DNA from: Clostridia bacterium
Lineage (GTDB): Bacteria; Bacillota; Clostridia; Monoglobales; Firm-18
NCBI GenBank assembly: GCA_045576675.1
Contig: JAZNGX010000002.1
Coordinates: forward strand, 5,170-69,169
Direction of reading: 5' to 3'
DNA length: 64,000 nt
Part shown: piece after piece, positions 8,814-19,206 of the stretch
Layout of the letters: each line of letters opens with the position of its first letter
Position numbering within the stretch: the first letter of the stretch is position 1
Notes under the pieces: generated by a model
Told to the model about the DNA's origin: nothing
The model's input: only the letters and a program-made list of their open reading frames with translations
The model's database searches: none
Program-made: the position numbers and the translations under genes

Positions 8814-10136
8814 ATGCCAAAACCGATTGTTGCAGTTGTGGGCAGACCAAATGTGGGAAAGTCTACATTATTTAATAAAATAGTCGGCAAACGTATTTCG
8901 ATAGTAGCGGATACTCCCGGTGTAACGCGTGACAGGATTTATGCTGATGCCGAATGGTGCGGCAAGCAGTTTAAGCTTATTGATACCGGTGGTATTGAAC
9001 CGTCTACCGACAGTGCAATATTGCAGCTTATGCGTGAGCAGGCAAATATTGCGATTGATACTGCTGATGTAATAATTCTTGTTGTAAATGTAAAAGAAGG
9101 CGTTACTGCAGCTGATGCAGATGTTGCGACAATGCTGCGTAAAAGCAGAAAGCCTGTTGTTCTTGCGTGCAACAAATGCGATACCCCAGGAGAACCTCCC
9201 GTGGAGCTTTATGATTTTTATAACCTTGCTTTGGGTGAGCCTATTGCAGTATCAAGTGTTCATGGTATGGGCTTTGGTGATTTGCTTGATGCAGTTGTTG
9301 AAAATTTTGACGAGTCGAAATACGATGAGGAAGACGAGGATATAATAAAAATAGCTGTAGTTGGAAAACCCAACGCCGGCAAGTCTTCATTTGTAAATAA
9401 GATACTTGGTGAGCAGAGACTTATCGTAAGCCCTGTTGCAGGCACAACCCGTGACAGCATTGATACAGAGGTTATTGTTAATGATGAAAAGTTTATGCTT
9501 ATAGACACTGCCGGAATGAGAAAACGTGGCAAGGTGGAAGAAGAAATAGAACGCTATAGCGTTATACGTGCGTTAAGTTCCATTGACCGTGCTGACGTTG
9601 CATTGTTAATGATTGACGCAACAGAGGGTGTAACAGAGCAGGATACCAAAATTGCCGGATATATCCACGAAAGCGGCAAGGCTTGCCTTGTGGCTGTTAA
9701 CAAATGGGACTTGATTGAAAAAGAAACCAAAACCATGGACAATTTCAGAATGGATGTTCAGGAGAAGCTTGGTTTTATGCTTTATGCCCCGATTTTGTTT
9801 ATATCTGCACTAACCGGTCAGCGTGTTGGCAAGGTGTTTGAAATGGCAAAGTATGTTTATAATCAGAGTGCTATGCGTATTTCAACAGGTATGCTGAATG
9901 ATGTTATAAATGACGCTACTGCACGTGTTCAACCGCCGTCAGACAAGGGTAAGAGGCTTAAAATTTATTATCTTACTCAAACAGGTATAAAGCCACCGAC
10001 GTTTGTATTGTTTGTTAATGATAAAAAGCTTGCTCATTTCTCGTATATAAGATATATTGAAAATCAGCTCAGAAACACTTTTGGATTTGAGGGCAGTGCG
10101 ATTAAATTCATTTTAAGAGAAAAAGATAGAGACTGA
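8814..10136 (+). CDS. der: Ribosome-associated GTPase Der/EngA
   Basis: Two tandem GTPase domains are present (GRPNVGKST and GKPNAGKSS, with DTGG/DTAG and NKCD/NKWD), plus a KH-like C terminus. Confidence 0.95.
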   Translation: MPKPIVAVVGRPNVGKSTLFNKIVGKRISIVADTPGVTRDRIYADAEWCGKQFKLIDTGGIEPSTDSAILQLMREQANIAIDTADVIILVVNVKEGVTAADADVATMLRKSRKPVVLACNKCDTPGEPPVELYDFYNLALGEPIAVSSVHGMGFGDLLDAVVENFDESKYDEEDEDIIKIAVVGKPNAGKSSFVNKILGEQRLIVSPVAGTTRDSIDTEVIVNDEKFMLIDTAGMRKRGKVEEEIERYSVIRALSSIDRADVALLMIDATEGVTEQDTKIAGYIHESGKACLVAVNKWDLIEKETKTMDNFRMDVQEKLGFMLYAPILFISALTGQRVGKVFEMAKYVYNQSAMRISTGMLNDVINDATARVQPPSDKGKRLKIYYLTQTGIKPPTFVLFVNDKKLAHFSYIRYIENQLRNTFGFEGSAIKFILREKDRD

Positions 10137-10151
10137 TGGAGGTAGAAGCAA

Positions 10152-10766
10152 ATGATTAATAACATTATAATGCTTGTAATTTCATATCTGGTGGGCAGTA
10201 TTAATTTTTCCATCATATTTTCAAAGATTTTTGCAAAAGAAGATGTGCGTACACAAGGCAGCGGCAACGCAGGCTTTACAAACACTTTGAGAAACTACGG
10301 CAAGCTTATGGGTGCTGCAGTATTTTTGTGTGATATATTAAAAACTGTTGCTGTTATACTTGTTGCTAAATTTGTATTTAAGGATCGTATTACAGAATAC
10401 TGTGCAGCATTAGGCGTTATACTTGGACATAACTTCCCTGTGTTCTTTAATTTTAAGGGTGGCAAGGGTGTGCTTACAACTATAAGCTCACTTGTTATGC
10501 TTGCACCTGCAATTGGTATTCCGCTTATTCCTATTGCTGTTGCAATAATGTTTATAACAGGCTATGTATCCATCGGGTCTTTTGTTATATTCTTATATTT
10601 CCCTTTGTCAGTTCTTGCTTTTTATAACGGTGCTGAAAAAGAAAAGTTTATAGCACTTGGAATTTTTGCTTGTTTATTAGGTCTATACAGACACAGAGCA
10701 AATATTGCAAGACTGTTAAAGGGCGAAGAAAATTGCTTTAAAAAGAAGAAGGGCGGTGCAAAATAA
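10152..10766 (+). CDS. plsY: Glycerol-3-phosphate acyltransferase PlsY
   Basis: This 204 aa membrane protein carries the GSGNAGFTN motif. It occupies the conserved der-plsY-gpsA position. Confidence 0.9.
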   Translation: MINNIIMLVISYLVGSINFSIIFSKIFAKEDVRTQGSGNAGFTNTLRNYGKLMGAAVFLCDILKTVAVILVAKFVFKDRITEYCAALGVILGHNFPVFFNFKGGKGVLTTISSLVMLAPAIGIPLIPIAVAIMFITGYVSIGSFVIFLYFPLSVLAFYNGAEKEKFIALGIFACLLGLYRHRANIARLLKGEENCFKKKKGGAK

Positions 10767-11776
10767 TGGCTGATATAGGCGTTGTTGGTTCCGGTGGTTG
10801 GGGAACAGCTATGAGCGTATTACTCTCTAATTCCGGACACAATGTTACTCTTTGGTCATATTTTAAAGAAGAAAGCGAACAGCTTAAACAGCACCGTGAG
10901 AACATAAATTTGTTGCCGGGAGTAAAAATCCCTGAAACTGTGGAGTTTACAAATGACATTTCAAAATGTGCGTGTAATAAAGACATTATTATAATTGCCA
11001 CTCCGTCTCACACAGTTAAACAGACTTCAAAAACACTTGCACCATTTGTTAAAGACGGACAGATTATTGTGATAATTTCAAAGGGCTTTGATGAGGATAC
11101 TTATCTTACATTATCAGAAACTGTCAAAAATGAAATTTCTAACGCCAGAATTGCTGTTATGTCAGGTCCGTCACACGCAGAGGAGGTTGGTAAGGGTATG
11201 CCGACAACGAATGTTGTTGCACATTCAGACCATGACCTTGCAAAATATATTCAGAGTGTTTTTATGACACAGGTGTTCAGAGTATATACAAATACTGATG
11301 TTACAGGTGTTGAGCTTGGCGGAGCACTTAAAAACGTTATTGCTTTATGTGTTGGTATTTGTGACGGCTTGGGTTATGGAGATAACACAAAAGCTGCACT
11401 GATGACACGTGGTATGGCTGAAATTGTGCGTCTTGGACGTGCCATGGGTGCTCAGGACAGTACCTTTGCCGGCTTGTCAGGCATTGGCGATTTGATTGTT
11501 ACCTGCACGAGTATGCATTCACGAAACAGACGTGCAGGCGTGCTTATAGGTAAGGGAATGACTCCCGAACAGGCAAAAGACGAAGTTAAAATGGTTGTTG
11601 AGGGTATAAAGACTGCAAAGGCGGCACATTACCTTGCTAAAAAGCACAATGTTGATATGCCTATTGTAAATCAGGCTTATCAGATTTTGTTTGAGGGCAA
11701 AAATCCCGCAGATGCAGTGCTTGACCTGATGTGTCGTTCAGAAAAAAGTGAAGACGATAATTTTTATAGAAATTAA
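10766..11776 (+). CDS. gpsA: NAD(P)H-dependent glycerol-3-phosphate dehydrogenase
   Basis: It has a GSGGWGTA Rossmann motif and GALKNVIA. Its start overlaps the plsY stop (TAATG). Confidence 0.95.
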   Translation: MADIGVVGSGGWGTAMSVLLSNSGHNVTLWSYFKEESEQLKQHRENINLLPGVKIPETVEFTNDISKCACNKDIIIIATPSHTVKQTSKTLAPFVKDGQIIVIISKGFDEDTYLTLSETVKNEISNARIAVMSGPSHAEEVGKGMPTTNVVAHSDHDLAKYIQSVFMTQVFRVYTNTDVTGVELGGALKNVIALCVGICDGLGYGDNTKAALMTRGMAEIVRLGRAMGAQDSTFAGLSGIGDLIVTCTSMHSRNRRAGVLIGKGMTPEQAKDEVKMVVEGIKTAKAAHYLAKKHNVDMPIVNQAYQILFEGKNPADAVLDLMCRSEKSEDDNFYRN

Positions 11777-11782
11777 GCAGGT

Positions 11783-13270
11783 GTGAAGTTGAAAAAAATA
11801 TTGCTTTTTTTGCTTATGGCCGTTATGCTGTGTGGTTGCAGAGATAAAGATGTTCCACCTGATACAGAGCATATTGTAAGCAATGTGTCGAGTGAAGGTA
11901 ATCTTAATATTTACTGCTACAATGCTGAAGGCTATAATCCGTTGTTTGCAACCAACAATGCAAATATTTATCTTGGCAGAATTTGCTTTGAGCCGCTTGT
12001 TAAAATAACAGATGACCAGTCAGTGGAAACAGTTCTTGCACAGGGGTATTTTATTTCGGAGGACGGTCTTGTTTGGACTGTTCCTTTAAGAACTGATATA
12101 TATTGGCATGATGGAGATGCTTTTGTGGCTGAAGATGTTGTTGCCACCTGCAATACAATTATTTGCAATGGTGACAAAAGCCCATATTCCTACAATATGG
12201 CAAATGTTGCACGTGTTGAGGAGGAAGATGAGCATACTGTTAAATTCTATTTGAAATCACCGCAGACAAGCTTTGCAAGCCTGCTTGAAATTCCTGTTGT
12301 TAAGGCAGAGCATTGCAATCTCGAAAACAACTTTCCAATGATTGGAACAGGTGTTTTTAAATATGTTGGAGCAGAGAATAAAAAAATGTATTTTGAAGCC
12401 AATGAAAAATGGTGGGGAGGCATTAAGCCTGATATAAAATACGTAACTGCTGTTATGCTGCCTGATAAGGAAACATCAGGCTATGCTTTTAATGCAAGTG
12501 TTATTGATGTTATTCCTGCAAGTATAAAAGACTGGAGTAAATATCCCTCTGCGGATGACAGAAGTATTGAATATTCGACAGGCGACTTTTTTTATCTTAA
12601 ATTCAATACAGCAAATGAGCATCTGTCAAACCCGGATATACGCAGTGCAATTGTTCAGGCTATCGACAAGCAATCAATCTGTGATAAAGCACTTCTTTCT
12701 CACGGCGTTGTAACAGAAACGATTTTAAATCCAAACTGGAAATACTATAGCAAAAATGCCGGAAAGTCAAAGTTTAATCCCGATAATGCAAGAAATGTTA
12801 TGAGTAGCTATACTGCTGAGGGGCGTATCTGGCTGAATCTTATCACCAATGAGGGCAGTGAAATTAAGCGTAACACAGCCGAGCAAATAAAAGAGTTTCT
12901 TTATCCATTGGGAATTGATGTTAATATTCTGGTTTACGGTTGGAACGATTACGTTAACGTGTATCATTCGGGTGAATATGATATTGCACTGTGTGAAACA
13001 AATATTGCTCCTGATATGCTGCCGTTTAATGTAATAGGTAACAGCGAAGCCGTAAATGCGGCGGTGGCAAAGCTTCAGAATTGCGGAATCGATGAAGAAA
13101 GAATTGAATGCTTTGATACAATTCAAAAGCTTGTGAGTGATGAGCTGTGCGTTGTACCGTTGTTTTATGATATGGGCGTACTGCTCTATAATGATAAAAT
13201 AAAAGAAGGTCTTGCACCGACCAGAACAAATATCTACAATAATATACATCTTTGGAAGCTCAATACTTGA
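11783..13270 (+). CDS. Solute-binding lipoprotein, ABC family 5 (peptide/nickel type) fold, no cognate permease nearby
   Basis: A signal peptide and lipobox are present (MKLKKILLFLLMAVMLCGC). The 495 aa length and the W.DG..F.A.DV pattern are typical of SBP_bac_5. Confidence 0.75.
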   Translation: MKLKKILLFLLMAVMLCGCRDKDVPPDTEHIVSNVSSEGNLNIYCYNAEGYNPLFATNNANIYLGRICFEPLVKITDDQSVETVLAQGYFISEDGLVWTVPLRTDIYWHDGDAFVAEDVVATCNTIICNGDKSPYSYNMANVARVEEEDEHTVKFYLKSPQTSFASLLEIPVVKAEHCNLENNFPMIGTGVFKYVGAENKKMYFEANEKWWGGIKPDIKYVTAVMLPDKETSGYAFNASVIDVIPASIKDWSKYPSADDRSIEYSTGDFFYLKFNTANEHLSNPDIRSAIVQAIDKQSICDKALLSHGVVTETILNPNWKYYSKNAGKSKFNPDNARNVMSSYTAEGRIWLNLITNEGSEIKRNTAEQIKEFLYPLGIDVNILVYGWNDYVNVYHSGEYDIALCETNIAPDMLPFNVIGNSEAVNAAVAKLQNCGIDEERIECFDTIQKLVSDELCVVPLFYDMGVLLYNDKIKEGLAPTRTNIYNNIHLWKLNT

Positions 13271-13333
13271 CATTCGATATTAAATATTATAAAATAAATT
13301 AGTTGAGATATATTAACGAAGGGATTTGGTTTT

Positions 13334-14770
13334 GTGAAGGAACAAAAGAAATTTGTTGAAGATATAACATCTATGGATGTGGATTTTGCAAAATGGTATA
13401 CCGATATAGTTAAAAAGGCAGATTTAGTTGACTATTCAGGTGTGCGTGGCTGTATGGTAATAAGACCTTACGGTTATGCTATATGGGAAAATATCCAGAC
13501 AATTATGAATAAAATGTTTAAAGAAACAGGGCACGAAAATGTTTATATGCCTATGTTTATTCCTGAAAGTCTTTTGCAGAAGGAGAAGGATCACGTTGAA
13601 GGCTTTGCCCCCGAGGTGGCGTGGGTTACACACGGCGGTAGTGAAAAGCTTCAGGAAAGACTTTGCGTAAGACCTACTTCTGAAACTCTTTTTTGTGCAC
13701 ACTATGCAGATATCATTCATTCTTACAGAGATTTGCCAAAGCTTTATAATCAGTGGTGCAGCGTTGTAAGATGGGAAAAAACAACACGTCCGTTTTTGCG
13801 TTCTGTTGAGTTCTTGTGGCAGGAGGGTCATACTGCACACGCAACAAAGGAAGAGGCTCAGGAAGAAACACGCAGAATGTTAAATATTTATGCACAGTTC
13901 TGTGAAGAACAGCTTGCTATTCCTGTAATCAAAGGTCAGAAAACTGATAAAGAAAAATTTGCAGGTGCAGAAGAAACATATACAATTGAAAGTATGATGC
14001 ACGACGGTAAGGCTTTGCAGGCAGGTACATCACATTATTTTGGTGACGGATTTGCACGTGCATTTGATATCCAGTACACAGATAAAAATAACGAGCTTCA
14101 GTATGTTCATCAGACATCCTGGGGTGTTTCAACACGTCTTATCGGTGCAATAATTATGATGCACGGTGATAATAATGGTTTGGTATTGCCACCGAACATT
14201 GCACCAATTCAGGTGGTTGTTATTCCTGTTGCTGCAAACAAACCGGGCGTTTTAGAAGGTGCAAAAGCTGTGTCAGATAAGCTTAAAGAGAAGTTTACAG
14301 TTAAGTTTGACGACAGTGATAAGTCACCGGGCTGGAAGTTCAGTGAGTATGAAATGAAGGGTGTCCCGGTACGTGTGGAAATCGGGCCGAGAGATTTAGA
14401 AAAAAATCAGGCTGTGCTTGCACGCCGTGATAATGGTGAAAAGGTTTTTGTTTCACTTGATAATATTGAAGAAGAGGTAGAAAAGCTTCTTAAAACTATA
14501 CAGAGTGATATGCTTGAAAGAGCAAGAAAAATCAGAGAAGAAAATACTTATGTTGCAAAAGATTTTGACGAGCTTAAAAAGCTTGCTGATGAAAAAACAG
14601 GCTTTATGAAGGCTATGTGGTGCGGTGACCTTGAGTGTGAAGAAAAAATCAAGGATGAAGCAGGCTTGTCTTCAAGATGTATGCCGTTTGAACAGGAAAC
14701 CATTACTGATAAATGCGTATGCTGCGGTAAGCCTGCGAAGAAAATGGTATATTGGGGCAAAGCATATTAA
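13334..14770 (+). CDS. proS: Proline--tRNA ligase (archaeal/eukaryotic-like type with C-terminal zinc domain)
   Basis: Class II motifs are present ([16 protein letters not shown]). The 478 aa protein ends CGDLECE...[18 protein letters not shown] and uses a GTG start after GAAGGGA. Confidence 0.95.
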   Translation: MKEQKKFVEDITSMDVDFAKWYTDIVKKADLVDYSGVRGCMVIRPYGYAIWENIQTIMNKMFKETGHENVYMPMFIPESLLQKEKDHVEGFAPEVAWVTHGGSEKLQERLCVRPTSETLFCAHYADIIHSYRDLPKLYNQWCSVVRWEKTTRPFLRSVEFLWQEGHTAHATKEEAQEETRRMLNIYAQFCEEQLAIPVIKGQKTDKEKFAGAEETYTIESMMHDGKALQAGTSHYFGDGFARAFDIQYTDKNNELQYVHQTSWGVSTRLIGAIIMMHGDNNGLVLPPNIAPIQVVVIPVAANKPGVLEGAKAVSDKLKEKFTVKFDDSDKSPGWKFSEYEMKGVPVRVEIGPRDLEKNQAVLARRDNGEKVFVSLDNIEEEVEKLLKTIQSDMLERARKIREENTYVAKDFDELKKLADEKTGFMKAMWCGDLECEEKIKDEAGLSSRCMPFEQETITDKCVCCGKPAKKMVYWGKAY

Positions 14771-14771
14771 T

Positions 14772-15305
14772 ATGGATTTTATTGTAACATACACCGGAAT
14801 AAAATTTTATATATTAAATCCAAAGCCCGACGATATAAATGAGCGTGATATTGCACACGCTCTGTCTCTTATGTGCCGTGGTAACGGGCATTTGTATCAC
14901 TTTTATTCCGTTGCTCAGCATTGCCTTAACTGCTATTATGAAGCAGTGGCAAGAGGGTATTCAAAAAGACTTAAGCTTGCTTTGCTTTTGCACGATGCAA
15001 GCGAGGCTTATATTTCGGATATAACACGCCCTGTAAAGAAAAATTTGCCTGAGTATTGCAAAATTGAAGAATGCATACAGGATTGTGTATACAAGCATTT
15101 CGGGCTTGATGATTTAACTGATGAAGAGCTTGAAACAATTAAAGAAATTGATGACAATATGCTGTGCGTAGAATTTAATGACAATCATATTTACAAGGAT
15201 TTTGAAATGAAGTCTGAAATGAAAGCACAGCTTGTTCTTGATTTTGTTGATATGAAAGAAATTGAAGACAGATTTTTGAAAGCATTTAAGGAGGTCAGGT
15301 TATGA
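14772..15305 (+). CDS. HD-domain phosphohydrolase (YfdR-like 5'-nucleotidase family)
   Basis: Motifs DIAHALSL..R..GH, YSVAQHC and LLHDASEAYISDI form an H..HD..D pattern. The ATG at 14772 lies 1 nt after the proS stop. The ORF-track N-terminal extension overlaps proS. Confidence 0.7.
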   Translation: MDFIVTYTGIKFYILNPKPDDINERDIAHALSLMCRGNGHLYHFYSVAQHCLNCYYEAVARGYSKRLKLALLLHDASEAYISDITRPVKKNLPEYCKIEECIQDCVYKHFGLDDLTDEELETIKEIDDNMLCVEFNDNHIYKDFEMKSEMKAQLVLDFVDMKEIEDRFLKAFKEVRL

Positions 15306-15979
15306 TTAAAGCCTGCATTTTTGATATGGATGGTACGCTTGCCAATACCATAGACACAATTGCATACTATGCCAACACTGCGCTAAAAGAGTATGGTTTA
15401 CGTGAAATAGAAACTGAAAACTATAAATATCACGTTGGAAGCGGTTACATTCAGCTTGTAAAAAATATGTTTGCTGAGCTTGGCTGTGAGGACGATGATT
15501 TATTTAATAAGGTTGCCGCTAAGTATGACGAAATGTATAATAAAGACGTTATGTTTAAAACCTGTGCATATGACGGCATAATTCCTATGTTAAAACAGTT
15601 GAAAGAAAGCGGTTACAAAATCGGCATTGTGTCAAACAAGCCTCACGAGGTGCTTTTGGGTGTTGTAAAAACATTGTTTGGTGATATAGAGTTTGACGGA
15701 ATAGAGGGCGGACGCGACAACGTGCCGTTAAAGCCTGCTCCTGCGATGCTTATGAAAATGTTGATTGATTTTGGGATCAGAACAAACGAATGTGCATATT
15801 TTGGCGATACAAAGGTGGATATGCAAACAGGTTCAAGAGCCGGGGTAAACACTGTTGGTGTGCTTTGGGGCTTCAGAAAAGAAGATGAGCTTGTTTCAAA
15901 TGGTGCACAACATATTATTTCTCATCCGTCAGAAATTTTGCCGTTGATGGAGAAATTCAAACTTTTAAAGGATTACTAA
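15302..15979 (+). CDS. HAD superfamily phosphatase (phosphoglycolate phosphatase-like)
   Basis: Motif I is FDMDGTL, motif II is VSNK, and motif IV is GDTKVDM. There is an ATGA overlap with the HD gene. Confidence 0.8.
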   Translation: MIKACIFDMDGTLANTIDTIAYYANTALKEYGLREIETENYKYHVGSGYIQLVKNMFAELGCEDDDLFNKVAAKYDEMYNKDVMFKTCAYDGIIPMLKQLKESGYKIGIVSNKPHEVLLGVVKTLFGDIEFDGIEGGRDNVPLKPAPAMLMKMLIDFGIRTNECAYFGDTKVDMQTGSRAGVNTVGVLWGFRKEDELVSNGAQHIISHPSEILPLMEKFKLLKDY

Positions 15980-15991
15980 AGGACTGATATT

Positions 15992-16438
15992 ATGAAGGTT
16001 GAGAGTTTTGAACTTGATCACACAAAGGTAAAAGCACCTTTTGTAAGAAAGTGTTGCGTTTTAAAGGGTAAAAACGGGGATATCGTTACAAAGTTTGATT
16101 TGCGTTTCTGCCAGCCCAATGTTACTGAGCTTGAAAGTGACGGAATTCATACAATGGAGCATCTGCTCGCTGTATATATGCGTGATTACACAGACGATAT
16201 CATAGACTTGTCACCTATGGGTTGCCGCACAGGTTTTTATATGACTATGTGGGGTGAACACAACGTAAAAGAAATAATTGAAATACTTAATAAATCACTT
16301 GAAAGAGTAGTGACTACAACAGAAATCCCTGCAAGAAATCCCGTGCAGTGCGGTAATTACAAATTGCACAGTCTTAAGAAAGCTGTGCAATATGCAACTG
16401 ACGTTCTTGAAAAAGGATTCTCAGATAAAATTTTCTAA
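15992..16438 (+). CDS. luxS: S-ribosylhomocysteine lyase (AI-2 synthase)
   Basis: It has the HTMEHL metal-binding motif, SPMGCRTGFY, and a length of 148 aa. Confidence 0.95.
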   Translation: MKVESFELDHTKVKAPFVRKCCVLKGKNGDIVTKFDLRFCQPNVTELESDGIHTMEHLLAVYMRDYTDDIIDLSPMGCRTGFYMTMWGEHNVKEIIEILNKSLERVVTTTEIPARNPVQCGNYKLHSLKKAVQYATDVLEKGFSDKIF

Positions 16439-16450
16439 AGGAATAATTAA

Positions 16451-17578
16451 ATGGAAGTTTACTTTGATAACAGTGCAACAACCAGACCTTTTGATGAAGC
16501 TGTGCAGTCAGCACTAAACGTAATGCGTGAGAATTACGGAAATCCGTCTTCATTGCACAGGCTTGGTATGAATGCAGAAAATATAATTAAAGATGCAAGA
16601 AACACAGTAGCAAAAAAGCTTGGCGTGTTGCCTGAAGAAGTGTATTTTACTTCAGGCGGCACAGAGAGTAACAATATTGCCATTATCGGCGTATGCTCTG
16701 CTATGCGTGTTAAGGGTACGGTCATAACCTCCAAAATCGAACATAAATCGGTGCTGGAGTGTTTTTCGTATTTAGAAAAGTGTGGTTTTAATGTTGTTTA
16801 TCTTGATGTAACAGCCGATGGCGTGGTTGATTTGCAACAGCTTGATGAGGTTGCAGACGAAAGTGTGTGCCTTGTAAGTATAATGCACGTTAATAACGAA
16901 ACAGGTGCAATTCAGCCTGTTGAACAGATAAGCAAAATAGTAAAGGCGAAAAATCCGAAAGCATTAATCCATACAGATGATGTTCAGGGCTTTTGCAAGG
17001 TACCTTTTAACACAAAATCAGTTGATATGATTTCGGTTTCTGCACATAAAATAAATGGACTCAAAGGAACCGGTGCCATATATATTAAAAAAGGAATAAA
17101 GGTAAACCCTGTAATATATGGTGGCGGTCAGGAAAAGGGTTTAAGAAACGGAACGGAAAATGTCCCGGGCATAGCCGCATTTAAAACGGCTGTTGAAAAA
17201 TACACTGTTATTGGCAATGATATTAAAAAGTATATTGCAGATTATGTTATTAATAATATAGAGGGCTGCCGCATTAACAGTGTTGGTGAATGCTCTCCAT
17301 ACGTATTGAATATTTCTGTGCTTGGACTTAAATCTGAAACGATTCTGCATTTGCTTGAAATGCATAATATATATGTATCATCAGGCTCTGCCTGCTCATC
17401 AAACCGCCCACAGCTAAGCCACGTGCTTATTGCATACGGGTTGGACAAACAGGTGGTTGAAAGTAGTATACGCTTGAGCTTCGGATATGATAACACATTG
17501 GAACAGGCACAATATTTTTGTGAAAAGCTTAAGCTTGTGGTAGAACAAAACAAATCCGTCAGGAGGAAGTACAAATGA
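16451..17578 (+). CDS. Cysteine desulfurase (NifS/IscS family)
   Basis: The PLP lysine motif SAHKINGLKG and the active-site SSGSACSS are present. It is paired with thiI. Confidence 0.9.
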   Translation: MEVYFDNSATTRPFDEAVQSALNVMRENYGNPSSLHRLGMNAENIIKDARNTVAKKLGVLPEEVYFTSGGTESNNIAIIGVCSAMRVKGTVITSKIEHKSVLECFSYLEKCGFNVVYLDVTADGVVDLQQLDEVADESVCLVSIMHVNNETGAIQPVEQISKIVKAKNPKALIHTDDVQGFCKVPFNTKSVDMISVSAHKINGLKGTGAIYIKKGIKVNPVIYGGGQEKGLRNGTENVPGIAAFKTAVEKYTVIGNDIKKYIADYVINNIEGCRINSVGECSPYVLNISVLGLKSETILHLLEMHNIYVSSGSACSSNRPQLSHVLIAYGLDKQVVESSIRLSFGYDNTLEQAQYFCEKLKLVVEQNKSVRRKYK

Positions 17579-18744
17579 ACAAGGTTTTGCTGTTAAAATA
17601 CGGTGAAATTATATTAAAGGGTCTTAACAGACCACTATTTGAGGATGCACTGATACGAAATTTAAAACGCAGTGCAGGTGATGAAAAGGTTAAATTCTTT
17701 AAGGCACAGGCTACAATTTACGTTGAGCCTTTAGAAGATAGTGTTGATATGGATGCATTGGCTTTGCGTTTGTCAAAGGTTTTTGGTATAGTGTCTGCAA
17801 CAGTTGCACAAACAGTGCCAAAAGAGCTTGATAAAATCTGCGAGCTTGCGGCTCAGTTGATTGGTAATGAACCGGGCAACACCTTTAAGGTTGAAACAAA
17901 AAGGGCAGATAAGCGTTTTCCATTCAAATCGCCTGAAATATCAATGGAGGTGGGCGGAGCAATTTTGGAAAAGCATCCGCATCTTACTGTAGATGTTCAT
18001 AATCCCGATATTTTAGTGATGGTAGAAATCCGCGACTTTGCGGCTTATATATATACTTCAAAAATTCAGGGCGTGGGTGGTATGCCTGTAGGTACTAACG
18101 GAAGAGCAACCTTGCTTTTGTCAGGCGGTATTGATAGTCCTGTTGCGGGATATATGGTAGCAAAACGAGGTGTTGAGCTTGATGCTGTTCACTTTTACAG
18201 CTATCCATACACAAGTGAGAGAGCAAAGCAAAAGGTTTTGGACCTTGCACAGCTTTTGGCTGATTACTGCGGAAAAATCAATGTGCACGTTGTGCCCTTT
18301 ACAGAAATTCAGCTTGCAATAAATGAAAAATGCCCACAAGAGCAGATGACAGTTATTATGAGAAGAATAATGATGTATATTGCAAATGAAATTGCGGCAA
18401 AAAATGGTTCTCAGGCGTTGGTTACAGGTGAAAGCATTGGTCAGGTAGCATCGCAGACAATTACTGCACTTGGTGTTACAGATGATGCATCAAAGCTTCC
18501 TGTGTTCCGCCCTGTAATTGGTATGGACAAGGATGAAATAATAACAATTGCCAGAAAAATAGGCACATTTGAAACTTCGATATTGCCCTACGAGGATTGT
18601 TGCACAGTGTTTACGCCAAAGCACCCGAATACAAAGCCGGTGCTTGAGAAAATAAAAGCAAGCGAAGCACTTATGACAAATCTTGACGAAATGATGCAAA
18701 GAGCCGTTGCGGAGGTTGAAACAATTGTTGTTAAAAGACGCTGA
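17575..18744 (+). CDS. thiI: tRNA 4-thiouridine(8) synthase ThiI
   Basis: It combines a THUMP-type N terminus with the PP-loop SGGIDSPVA. There is an ATGA overlap with the desulfurase gene. Confidence 0.95.
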   Translation: MNKVLLLKYGEIILKGLNRPLFEDALIRNLKRSAGDEKVKFFKAQATIYVEPLEDSVDMDALALRLSKVFGIVSATVAQTVPKELDKICELAAQLIGNEPGNTFKVETKRADKRFPFKSPEISMEVGGAILEKHPHLTVDVHNPDILVMVEIRDFAAYIYTSKIQGVGGMPVGTNGRATLLLSGGIDSPVAGYMVAKRGVELDAVHFYSYPYTSERAKQKVLDLAQLLADYCGKINVHVVPFTEIQLAINEKCPQEQMTVIMRRIMMYIANEIAAKNGSQALVTGESIGQVASQTITALGVTDDASKLPVFRPVIGMDKDEIITIARKIGTFETSILPYEDCCTVFTPKHPNTKPVLEKIKASEALMTNLDEMMQRAVAEVETIVVKRR

Positions 18745-19192
18745 AACAGTTGTAAATTTATTAAATGATAAAAAACTTACAATATCTGCTGCAGAAAGCT
18801 GTACGGGTGGCTTGCTGTCAGCCGCAATAACGGGAGTAAGCGGAGCATCATCTGTACTTAATGCGGGAATTGTGACATATTCAAATGATGCAAAGCAAAA
18901 GTATCTCGGAGTAAAAAGTGAAACATTGCAAAAGTTTGGTGCTGTAAGTAAATATACTGCTTTGGAAATGTCAGACGGCATAAAAAAAGCAAATAGTGCT
19001 GATATAGGTGTAGGCATAACAGGTATTGCAGGTCCAACAGGTGGAACTGCCGAAAAGCCTGTCGGTCTTGTGTATATAAGCGTTAATGAAATTGTAACTG
19101 AAAATCATTTTTCAGGCAGCAGAGATGAAGTACGAAATGCTGCAGTAGAAAAGGCGTTAAAAATGGTTTTGGAATATATAAAAAATATGTAA
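18725..19192 (+). CDS. cinA: CinA C-terminal domain protein (nicotinamide-nucleotide amidohydrolase PncC type)
   Basis: AESCTGGLL and GIAGPTGG motifs are present, and it lies immediately upstream of recA. TTG at 18725 is 9 nt after GGAGG (18711-18715). TTG at 18707 is an alternative start. Confidence 0.85.
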   Translation: MLLKDAETVVNLLNDKKLTISAAESCTGGLLSAAITGVSGASSVLNAGIVTYSNDAKQKYLGVKSETLQKFGAVSKYTALEMSDGIKKANSADIGVGITGIAGPTGGTAEKPVGLVYISVNEIVTENHFSGSRDEVRNAAVEKALKMVLEYIKNM

Positions 19193-19206
19193 CGGAGGGA
19201 TATAAG

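Noticed and set aside
13271-13333. A T-box or other leader upstream of proS.
   Set aside because: Only 63 nt separate the SBP stop from the proS GTG start. There is no specifier or antiterminator structure and no room for a T-box of about 200 nt.
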